From: Paenibacillus thalictri
GTDB lineage: Bacteria > Bacillota > Bacilli > Paenibacillales > NBRC-103111
Reading direction: 5' to 3'
Length of the DNA: 64,000 bases
Assembly (NCBI RefSeq): GCF_004307995.1
Contig: NZ_SIRE01000004.1
Location: 403,309-467,308 of the forward strand
Each line of letters starts with the position of its first letter. The first letter of the stretch is position 1. Shown in pieces: positions 40,301 to 47,780 of the stretch. Made by a program: the position numbers and the translations under genes. The notes below the pieces were generated by a model, which saw only the letters and a list, made by a program, of their open reading frames with translations, was not told the origin of the DNA and searched no databases.

Positions 40301-42424
40301 CGCTTCCATAGCGGCTGCACAATCAAGCTCTGCCGCCCTTTTATACCATTCCACGCCCCGCTGGTAATCGCCATTCGCATAGCAGCGCTCGGCAACCTCC
40401 ACATAATGTTCTTCAGCGGACTTATTGGCGAGTCGGACACCGCCCGCCGCTGCGTACCATTCCGCAGAAGTATCGTCGTCGGCATAAACCCCGTTGCCTT
40501 CGAAGTAACATGCGGCCAATAAGAGCATACAATCTTCATGCTCCAATTTCGCGCCTTTCTCCAAAAGCTCGACGGCCTCTTGGCAGCTGTATTCCTCAAG
40601 AAGCTCCTTGGCCCATTCGAAATAACAGTCCGCCAGCCAAGCGTCAGCGTTATCGATTCCTGCAGCTCTAGCCTGCTCATAATAATGAACCGCTTGTTCG
40701 TAGCTTTGCTTGACGCCATATCCGTTTTCAAGGCAGTTGCCGATTTGCAGCAGCGCCTTGTTATTGCCGTATTTTAGCGCTTTACGGAAATAGTCGCAGG
40801 CTTTGCCTTTTTCATCCGAAGCCTTGGACTTCAAATAGTGTTCGCCGATGGCGTAAGAGCCTTCCGCTGCCTGTAGCCTGGCTTCGTCGTCCCCGCGCTC
40901 AGCCGCCTGTTCGAACCAATACACGGCCTGGAACGCATTTTTCTCGCAGCCTTTGCCTTCCTTATAGCAATAGGCAATATTTTTCATCGCCACCGGATCG
41001 CCCTGATTGGCCGCCTGCTCATAATAATGGGCCGCCTGCTGATCGTTCCGGTTTACACCTTCGCCTCTGGCATAGAGCACACCCAAATTATTCTGCGCCG
41101 CCGCCGAGCCGTTGCGGGCCGCCTGTCCATAGTACTCAGCGGCCTTGCCTGCATTCGGAGCCACGCCAATGCCATTGGCATAACATAAGCCCAGATCAAA
41201 GAAGGCGTCCTGATTACCGTAATCTGTCGCTTTCCGAAAATAAGCAAAAGCTTTAGGCCGCTCCTGCTCCTCTTTCGCGTTCCAATAGCGTTCCCCGATT
41301 TGATGCGAGAGGACGGCAACCTGCTCCGCTGCTTCCAGATGCTTTCGTTCTGCTGCCTGCTCGAACCAATAAAGTGCCTGCTGCCTGCTTTTTTTCAGGC
41401 CCGCTCCGTTCAAGCAGCAATGCGCCAAATTCCACATGGCGTTAGTATTGCCGCCTTTTGCAGCGATATCGTACCAGTAGACGGAAGTCTGGACATTTGG
41501 GGCGACCCCCTCGCCATTGGCATATAGAACGCCCAAATTGTTGGCCGCACCCGCATGCCCGGCCCGGGCAGCTTTTTCATATGCCGGAACGGTGACTTTA
41601 TACTCGTTATACTTCTTGGCTTTCAGCGCCAGTTCGTAATGAAATTCCGCATAAGACCTCCTGGCTTGTTCGCAGCCGCGGTTCGCAGCCGTCTGGAACC
41701 AGGAAAGGGCCTGGGTGCAATCGCCTCCGGAGCTGCCGTTCTCCTGATAATATACCGCCAACAAGTAAGGAGCTTCAGCATGTCCCAGTTCCGCCGCTTG
41801 TTTGAACAGCTCTACCATCTCACGCGAATTCGACCGCATCTGCCAAAGCTGATTCGCCCGGTGGAACAGCTCCGCCGCCGTCGGCGGCTTCGGAGCGGGA
41901 GGAACAGGTTTCGGAGCAGGAGAGACAGGCTTGGGTGCGGCATATTGCGGCTTCGGCGTGTTGAGAGGTTGACGCTGCGATTGTCCGAAAGGAGTCCGGG
42001 GCGGAGCGGGCGGCTTAGCTGCGGGCTTCTTTCTATGCTGTTCCAGGAAAGCGTCAAATGTAATACGCTCATCAGCCACGAACCCCGGATAATACGTGTG
42101 TACGTACTTTCGGACTAACTCCCGGTCCGTCCCCCTGTATTTCCCCTTATCCTTACCCCCTTGGTAGTTGGCGCTTTTTTCCCGGTTGAAGTTATAGGCG
42201 CGCACAATCGAAGACACCGTCCGGCTGTCATCCAACGAGAAGGCCTCGGCAATTTGGGGTTGCGTTTTGTTCTGCACGATATATGCATAGATCACCTCCG
42301 TATGGAGGTCTTTGCTGTAGCTTTTAAGTTTGGGCAGTTCATTATGAGTAGCGGACATGGTCGGAATCACCTCGTGGTTGTAAGACCTTTTGTTTCGTTT
42401 TCCGTAATTCGACATAAATTTCAT
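37385..42424 (-). CDS. Giant Sel1-like repeat (SLR/TPR-family) protein, 1679 aa: N-terminal HTH-like segment, Pro-rich linker, ~25-30 Sel1 repeats, unique ~250-aa C-terminal domain
   Basis: Dozens of repeats of the pattern A..W(Y/F)..AA..G...A...LG..Y..G.GV..(D/N)...A. Linker PAAKPPAPPRTPFGQSQRQPLNTPKPQYAAPKPVSPAPKPVPPAPKPP. N-terminal TQPQIAEAFSLDDSRTVSSIVRAY resembles an HTH. Confidence 0.8.
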   Translation of the reverse strand: MKFMSNYGKRNKRSYNHEVIPTMSATHNELPKLKSYSKDLHTEVIYAYIVQNKTQPQIAEAFSLDDSRTVSSIVRAYNFNREKSANYQGGKDKGKYRGTDRELVRKYVHTYYPGFVADERITFDAFLEQHRKKPAAKPPAPPRTPFGQSQRQPLNTPKPQYAAPKPVSPAPKPVPPAPKPPTAAELFHRANQLWQMRSNSREMVELFKQAAELGHAEAPYLLAVYYQENGSSGGDCTQALSWFQTAANRGCEQARRSYAEFHYELALKAKKYNEYKVTVPAYEKAARAGHAGAANNLGVLYANGEGVAPNVQTSVYWYDIAAKGGNTNAMWNLAHCCLNGAGLKKSRQQALYWFEQAAERKHLEAAEQVAVLSHQIGERYWNAKEEQERPKAFAYFRKATDYGNQDAFFDLGLCYANGIGVAPNAGKAAEYYGQAARNGSAAAQNNLGVLYARGEGVNRNDQQAAHYYEQAANQGDPVAMKNIAYCYKEGKGCEKNAFQAVYWFEQAAERGDDEARLQAAEGSYAIGEHYLKSKASDEKGKACDYFRKALKYGNNKALLQIGNCLENGYGVKQSYEQAVHYYEQARAAGIDNADAWLADCYFEWAKELLEEYSCQEAVELLEKGAKLEHEDCMLLLAACYFEGNGVYADDDTSAEWYAAAGGVRLANKSAEEHYVEVAERCYANGDYQRGVEWYKRAAELDCAAAMEALGNYYSDCDSNCDVPDYEQAARWYRKANETGDCSCDWDLNRCYLKLGEQALEKDDVEAALGWYRGAGEIRDNDYYRNGLHECCCRLAKAAVDQAMFTAAMEHYREAEKYGDPGYEEADHFAKIGDFLSSEWEYELAAEWYEKASGLGHEAAAKKTAEWYYSLARRFESEQDHEQTLYYYLKAAEAGDITAQLHLGYMYEFGKGVPADYEAAFKWYNLAAEQGDGTAQEWLGDMLKDGKAERHYGKTIRLRMAIHRYEQAVRVGNENAGSKLIDCSHVLAEAYAADMDFQQAAEIYRKSAELGSKSALHALGLYSLKGTGVPLDYGQAAGYFRHAAEREDERGRFYLDRMFGSDGEIAEDYRQYEQWYRQAVELGDPEAMRNLGLFYMAENEERKDYTTAVYWLEQAVKLGDEKSIREVVEGYYLAAEDYGSWSKLDLAFPYYIKAAESGHIAAQTMVGHFYERGIAVPQNEKQAARWYGQSAKQGCATGQYYLGALYEGGRGVARNDETAAYWLGLSARQGNTYAKFSLAVMYMEGRGVPADLEQAEILMEEAYLQGYPVFESESDKPLVPLADLYTKKYGTTYGPKLIGLYEQLAETQQDNSMFYELGLAYEMGYCPSLDVHVGEDAGKAFQYFKLAVEKSGFIEEAIVKLGNCYRNGVGTEQDIRKAVEVLESAAYWSNPEALNVIGECYFSGKGIERDLNKTFEYCSKAAELGHAEAQYNVGFCYENGYGVPQNKEEAMEWYGKSAEQGFALAVERLTQAQATAAAAVIPEYTVDMDEPEAAVDIDESLDVNELIRLMGRAATKEEQFYYRQIINEKLHSGLYGSRDGKEPVPYGEQNEVEIREFDFAGEKISYAVTAKDRAAVTVINDHVKIYVPGDTLIIDKEYARQHLSAKAISYAIEENEDYLWDYGGTGTAVVFELASILDEEPNVSIMYMNLLRSCRDYLQEFELFGDKFKETYEQNLQRKL

Positions 42425-42492
42425 TTTCTATATTACTTGAAAAGAAGCCTAGATTACACAAAAATTTTCCAATACAGCCCAAGTATGGTTCA

Positions 42493-43260
42493 TTACGCGT
42501 CCGGATACAGCAGCTCCACAACCTCTGGAAGCAGCGTGTCCGTCTCATCGTCGAACTTCAGAAAGTCAAACCCGGACCCAAACGAACACAGCAGCTCCAG
42601 ATCGTACTCCCGCTCCAGATCCGGGTTCCATTGGAACACAAAAACGGCTTCCCCATGATCAAACTTTCGGGGTAAACAACCCGCTGCGGTTCGGAGCAAT
42701 CGGCTCCCCAAGCACAAAGCCGTGATACACTTGTATCCGCCTGCCTTGAATGTTGAATAAAAGTGCCGCAACGCCAAATAGTCGAACCGGTCCGCGATAT
42801 GGTTCGCTGCATCGAACAACGACCGAACCTTATCCTCAAATTCCACCAAATCCGCTCCCGCTTCCATCAAGGCCTGTTCGATCTTCATGAAACGATCCAG
42901 CATCCCTTGGCTCAAATCTGCCAACTCCGCATATGACTTCTTGTCGTTCTCAGCCATTTGCTCCAGCTGACGGGCGTTGAACCGGTTCAACCGGTTGATC
43001 TCGCCTGCCGCATCCGATTGGCGAAGCTGCAGCTCATAGATCTGCCCGTCGACGGATTGGATCAGAGCTCCAATCGCACGCCAAACCGGCTGGACATCAT
43101 CATTCGCATACTCCAGCCGATCCAGCAACGCCATCCACATCAAACTAAGCAAAGCGACCTTCTCGCCCTCATCCAGGGATGACCATGGTTTCCCGCCGCA
43201 CTGTTCTTTTATTCTCCGTATCACATGCCCGTGAAACGATTCATCAATGTAGTCTTTCAT
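42493..43260 (-). CDS. Hypothetical protein (255 aa), operon member
   Basis: Clean ORF overlapping the upstream phosphoesterase gene by 17 nt; no recognisable motif. Confidence 0.5.
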   Translation of the reverse strand: MKDYIDESFHGHVIRRIKEQCGGKPWSSLDEGEKVALLSLMWMALLDRLEYANDDVQPVWRAIGALIQSVDGQIYELQLRQSDAAGEINRLNRFNARQLEQMAENDKKSYAELADLSQGMLDRFMKIEQALMEAGADLVEFEDKVRSLFDAANHIADRFDYLALRHFYSTFKAGGYKCITALCLGSRLLRTAAGCLPRKFDHGEAVFVFQWNPDLEREYDLELLCSFGSGFDFLKFDDETDTLLPEVVELLYPDA

Positions 43261-43807
43261 CCAGCTCTCCCCCTAGTCTGAAAGCTTCATTGTTGGCGAT
43301 CAACTGTTGCAGGCCCACCGGTGTAAAATGATTGATGTCCACCCCTGCATTCAGCATGTTCGGATTGTTCCCGTAGTAGCGGAAAGCGTCGCAATCCCGA
43401 TTGTTGTGGATATGCCCAAATACATGCAGGCTCCCCTTGTAATACCTGGGCCATTCGGCCATCGGATAGTGGCAAAGGACCAGATGCCGGTCCAAATCCG
43501 TAATCTCCTTGATCTGGCTTACGCTTTCGAAATACGCCGTCAACTCAAGCCGCTTCGTCCATTTCTCGTGGTTGCCCAGAATGAGGTGTTTCCTCCCGCT
43601 GAGCTGCCGTAAATAGTACTCCGGCGTATGCCGGGACCGTAACATAAAATCGCCGACGATATAAACCTCATCCTCATTCCCGACCGTTTGATTCCAATTC
43701 CGCATGATCGCGTTATCCATCTCATCAATCGTGGCAAACGGCCGCCCACACATGCGAATTACCGCTTCATGCCCAAAATGCGGGTCCGCGATATAAAATT
43801 TGTTCAT
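43244..43807 (-). CDS. Calcineurin-like metallophosphoesterase (187 aa)
   Basis: Motifs DPHFGH, GDF, GNHE, GHIH in canonical order. Confidence 0.8.
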   Translation of the reverse strand: MNKFYIADPHFGHEAVIRMCGRPFATIDEMDNAIMRNWNQTVGNEDEVYIVGDFMLRSRHTPEYYLRQLSGRKHLILGNHEKWTKRLELTAYFESVSQIKEITDLDRHLVLCHYPMAEWPRYYKGSLHVFGHIHNNRDCDAFRYYGNNPNMLNAGVDINHFTPVGLQQLIANNEAFRLGGELDERLH

Positions 43808-44736
43808 GTTTCCTCAACTCCCGCAATTTCATTAAATTCCCGTCTCCAGTGAAAATACTCAAGATCCGCGGCATCGCCGGTCCAGTCAAGCAGATCGCAG
43901 AACAATCCCGGCTTCAGATAGAACGTCTCCTCGGGAAAAGCGGCGGCCGGTTTCGAGAGCCGTATCCGTAAACGTTCAATCCACTGCTCCAGCAGTTGAA
44001 CACTGTACACCATATAACCTAAATGAACGGGCTCATATGATGAGTAAGGCTTGAAATAGGAGGCATGGCTATTTAATACCTTTGTTCTGAAAAGGCCCAT
44101 CGTATGCTCCAGCGTCTGCAATAATTTGGATGCGCTGCGGTCGAACGGCTCGGAACCGACCGGGGACAATCGGGTGCGTTCATTCACTTCTCCGATGATT
44201 GCAAACAGCTTTCCAGCCAGTCCCCTCAATGCCTCATATTCCCGCTCTCCTGATCTTGTCCGGAGCAATACGGCAAATCGGCCCAAGCGGCCGATCTGAT
44301 CTCCACAGCGGGCCTCCCCTCCCTCCAACTCTTCTCCATCCATACATGCAGCCGAATCAGCCAAATTCGCGAATTCCTCCGTCACCCCGCCAATATCGAT
44401 GCCGAATGCATCCAATCTGTCCAGCAGCGCTACGAATACCTCGCCTGATCCGATCTGCCGGCTGCAGACCGGCTTGGCTTGCAACCTGGTCCATAACCAA
44501 TAAGGAATCCCGGTTTCATCCATATCCTGATTTTCCGCCATAGTTTCTTTAACCTCCCGATAAAAATCATTGTCCCAACCATCGCCGCGGCCAAACCCTA
44601 GCACTTGTTCCGTATAAGGCTGTAAAGGCTCCGAAAACTCCAGCGCGGGCACGTCTGCGTCCTCAAGGTTTTTTCTGGTCACCCGTCTCACCTTCACATC
44701 TTGCGCCTTCATCGTTGAACGGCCGATATGGAGCAA
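43804..44736 (-). CDS. Hypothetical protein (310 aa), operon member
   Basis: ATGA-type 4-nt overlap with the phosphoesterase gene start region; begins 4 nt after the AAA gene stop. No known motif. Confidence 0.5.
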   Translation of the reverse strand: MLHIGRSTMKAQDVKVRRVTRKNLEDADVPALEFSEPLQPYTEQVLGFGRGDGWDNDFYREVKETMAENQDMDETGIPYWLWTRLQAKPVCSRQIGSGEVFVALLDRLDAFGIDIGGVTEEFANLADSAACMDGEELEGGEARCGDQIGRLGRFAVLLRTRSGEREYEALRGLAGKLFAIIGEVNERTRLSPVGSEPFDRSASKLLQTLEHTMGLFRTKVLNSHASYFKPYSSYEPVHLGYMVYSVQLLEQWIERLRIRLSKPAAAFPEETFYLKPGLFCDLLDWTGDAADLEYFHWRREFNEIAGVEET

Positions 44737-44739
44737 TCT

Positions 44740-46542
44740 TTAGTGGAATCCGATTCTGCTTTTCTCCCGCGCTCCGTTAAAAATGTTACGTTCGGCACCG
44801 AGCAATTCCTCGGCCGCCTTCTCCATATCGGCGGTCTTTAACGTCCGCAGGTCATTGTCCTCCCGCTCGGCCATATAACCCACCGCGCTTTTGAACAGCT
44901 TGCGGATCAATCTGCCATTCCCCATATTTTCGGAGCGGATCGTTCGGATCCCGTTCACAAAGCATCTAATCGTTTCATAAGCTGTTGCCGCATTCTCCAG
45001 AACGTAGTCCTCTTTATTCGTAAAGTAAGCAAACATCTCGCACAGCTCATCCACGCTATAGTCCTTGAATTCAATTACGTTGGTCAGCCTGGAACGCATT
45101 CCGGGGTTAGCATGTTGAATGAAACGCCTCATCGGATCACCATACCCGGCGAAAATAACCAGCGTATCCGGGTTATTCTCCATCTGCCGGATAATCTCCG
45201 ATAATGCCTCGTCCGAGTAGCCGTCCGCTTTCCCTTCGCTCATCAGGCTATAGGCTTCGTCTATGAAGATCGTTCCGCCTTTTGCCTCCTCGAAGACTTT
45301 GGCGACAGTCGGTGCTGTCCAGCCGACATACATGCCCACCAAATCTTTTCGCGAAACCTCCTTAAAAGTATCGTTCGCCAGCACATTCGCTTCACACAGC
45401 ATCCTGCCGAAAATACGCGCGACGGTTGTTTTGGCTGTTCCCGGACTACCCATAAACACCGCTGCGGCATGACTGTCGGATGTCGGGTAACCACTGTTTC
45501 TCCGCTGTTTGTCAAAACTCAAACGTTTCAAAAGACGGTTTAGCTGAGCCTTCACATCCCCCATCCCGATGAGCCTGTCCAATTCGGATTTGGCATCCTT
45601 CGCCTTTCCCGAGGTTTCGTTTTTCTTACGGATATCTTTTGCGATTAATGACGAATCGAAGTCCGCTTGGGTTATCGTTCTGCTGTCGTCCCGCTTCTTG
45701 CCGATGGCTTTGCTCACGAAGGTTTCAATGTCTACGGAGCTCCGGAAGCTCATCCCGCGGTAATCCATCAGCTCCCGGATCAGCTTTGTTCTATTCAACG
45801 ACCGGGTTAACTTATAGCCCTTTGCTTTGGCGATGTCGCCAAGAACCTTCCCATAATACTGCACCGTCGGCCGTTCAAGCACACAGTACTCCATATTTGT
45901 CTCGAACAAAACCGACTTCTCGAAGAACGCAACATTGCCAAAGGAACCGAAATGCGACTCCCGTTCAGGCCGGGTCACCAGAATATAGATGAGGAACCGT
46001 CCGGACTGTTCGAAATATTCGAAGGGATCCTTGGAATTCAGATGCATCCCATCGTGGTCTTCGACGATCAAGGGATAATCCCCCGTTTTCCAGTAAGGTT
46101 CTTTAGCCTTCACCTCTCCCTCCATACGGGTGTTGAAAGCTCCGAAGCCCATTCCGAACGGCGGATTCCGCATAAATGCGCAGCTGAATTCAACCGCCGG
46201 AATGACGGGCAGATAGGCCAGATCATCCCTCCGATAGAGAATCGATTCGGAGGTCACTTCTTCCTCCCCGTCCTCATCTTCATCATCAAGGTCCATCGGG
46301 AATTCCTCTTCCTCATCGCAGCAATCCTCTTGTGCTTGCTCTTTAGCGCAGGCAACCTCCGCTATGTATTTCTTAAATAAGTAGCCGGCCGCGAGCAATC
46401 CGTCCTCCGCATAATGGCATTTGATCAGCACGCTGCCTGCTCCCTTCAGGTCCAGCTTATCGATCGAGGCCAGATGGTCCGCTATCGCAAAGTCCGCCTT
46501 CAGCTTGTCATAGGGCAGCTCCGGAACCGGAATATACTGCAT
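44740..46542 (-). CDS. AAA+ ATPase of the CbxX/CfxQ/SpoVK(EccA-type) family with ~330-aa N-terminal domain of unknown function (start re-assigned to ATG 46542)
   Basis: Walker A VFMGSPGTAKTTVAR, Walker B GGTIFIDEAYSL, sensor region SRLTNVIEFKDYS. Strong RBS GAAGGAGA 4 nt upstream of MQYIPVPEL. Acidic tract DEEEEFPMDLDDEDEDGEEE. Confidence 0.8.
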   Translation of the reverse strand: MQYIPVPELPYDKLKADFAIADHLASIDKLDLKGAGSVLIKCHYAEDGLLAAGYLFKKYIAEVACAKEQAQEDCCDEEEEFPMDLDDEDEDGEEEVTSESILYRRDDLAYLPVIPAVEFSCAFMRNPPFGMGFGAFNTRMEGEVKAKEPYWKTGDYPLIVEDHDGMHLNSKDPFEYFEQSGRFLIYILVTRPERESHFGSFGNVAFFEKSVLFETNMEYCVLERPTVQYYGKVLGDIAKAKGYKLTRSLNRTKLIRELMDYRGMSFRSSVDIETFVSKAIGKKRDDSRTITQADFDSSLIAKDIRKKNETSGKAKDAKSELDRLIGMGDVKAQLNRLLKRLSFDKQRRNSGYPTSDSHAAAVFMGSPGTAKTTVARIFGRMLCEANVLANDTFKEVSRKDLVGMYVGWTAPTVAKVFEEAKGGTIFIDEAYSLMSEGKADGYSDEALSEIIRQMENNPDTLVIFAGYGDPMRRFIQHANPGMRSRLTNVIEFKDYSVDELCEMFAYFTNKEDYVLENAATAYETIRCFVNGIRTIRSENMGNGRLIRKLFKSAVGYMAEREDNDLRTLKTADMEKAAEELLGAERNIFNGAREKSRIGFH

Positions 46543-46758
46543 GATGTCTCCTTCACTTAAACGGGCTGACATTTTTTTGGCACTGGTAATTCTGAGCATT
46601 GGTCATTCATCCTTTCGGTTTCGTATGTTACTGGCTTGCAACTCCTTCTATATTTTGATTATATCGCGCCCGATGGGGAGAAATTTGGACATCCCCCGAT
46701 TGACCATCCGTCCCTGGGAAGGTAAAATTTTCTTATCCTACCTCAGGAGGAACCCTCT

Positions 46759-47772
46759 TTGGAAAACAAATTGCCAACCCAATTTCAAATCTATTCCGTT
46801 CTCAAGCAATTTTCGTCTGCGGATCATCCTATGAATGCTGCGGAAATCAAAGAAAAATTGATAAGCATGTATCATCTGCCGAAGGGGCCCGACCGTAAAA
46901 CCGTCTATAGCCATATTCATGAATTGCAGGTACTGTCGGATAACGGCATTCTGGATTGTGAAATCTTCGCCAAAAAAGACGATCATAACAGAACCGCCGG
47001 TTATTATACCGACCCCGTTATAACCAAAGCGGAAGTGAAGCTCCTCTGCGATGCCATTGCCTATTCACGTTTCATAAAGAAGAATCACAGCATCGATCTG
47101 ATTAAGAAAATAGGCGGGGCTTTCGGCAAGGATTTCATTTCCAAGTACAAGTACATCCTGGAGTTAAAAAACAAAGAGAACAAAGATTATAACGATTCCT
47201 TTTTCAACAGCATCGAAAATATCGCTGACGCCATAGAGAAAGGAAATAAAGTAACACTTCAATACTTGCAATATGATCTGAATAAAAAATTGGTGCCTAA
47301 AGATAAAGAAAACGACGGTTTCCGTACGGTAAGTCCCTATAACTTGGTTTGGACATTAAACCATTACTATTTGTTCTGCCACGTTGAAGAGCATGGACAA
47401 GATCGATTTCTGCGGATGGATAAAATCAAGAATGTAACCGTATTAGAAGATGAGAGAATCAAGCCGCTTCCCGCAAGCTTTAATGTCCGGGACTACATCC
47501 GGAATCAAGCTTTCATGTTCGGAGGCGACCTGGTGAGCATTTCCCTGCGTTGTGAAATGCGTATGCTGGGGCAAATCATCGATTTCTTCGGTGAAGATGT
47601 AGAGATCGCTCCCATCGACGACCATTATTTCAGAGCCCATATCAAAAGCTCCATCGAGAGCATGAAATATTGGGTGCTGCAGTATATCACTGCAATCGAT
47701 CAGATCCAACCGGAGAGTCTGCGGAAAATGATCGTGCATTATTTGGAGGACGCTTTGAGGCGGAATCAGTAA
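46759..47772 (+). CDS. wHTH-WYL-domain transcriptional regulator (BrxR/CapW-like)
   Basis: N-terminal wHTH (FQIYSVLKQFSSADHPMNAAEIKEKL) and WYL domain (YNLVWTLNHYYLFCHVEEHGQDRFLRMDKIKNVTVLE). TTG start with AGGAGG RBS. Divergently oriented from the AAA/Sel1 operon and directly upstream of McrBC-like genes. Confidence 0.75.
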   Translation: MENKLPTQFQIYSVLKQFSSADHPMNAAEIKEKLISMYHLPKGPDRKTVYSHIHELQVLSDNGILDCEIFAKKDDHNRTAGYYTDPVITKAEVKLLCDAIAYSRFIKKNHSIDLIKKIGGAFGKDFISKYKYILELKNKENKDYNDSFFNSIENIADAIEKGNKVTLQYLQYDLNKKLVPKDKENDGFRTVSPYNLVWTLNHYYLFCHVEEHGQDRFLRMDKIKNVTVLEDERIKPLPASFNVRDYIRNQAFMFGGDLVSISLRCEMRMLGQIIDFFGEDVEIAPIDDHYFRAHIKSSIESMKYWVLQYITAIDQIQPESLRKMIVHYLEDALRRNQ

Positions 47773-47780
47773 AGGAGCGT

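Noticed and set aside
46543-46599. First 19 codons (MLRITSAKKMSARLSEGDI) of the AAA ATPase track ORF
   Set aside because: The strong RBS GAAGGAGA is positioned for the internal ATG at 46542; the upstream extension has no RBS.
47670-47780. Upstream 37 codons of the McrB-like track ORF
   Set aside because: They overlap the WYL regulator coding sequence by 100 nt. Plausible starts with an RBS lie at 47781 or 47829, just after the regulator stop.
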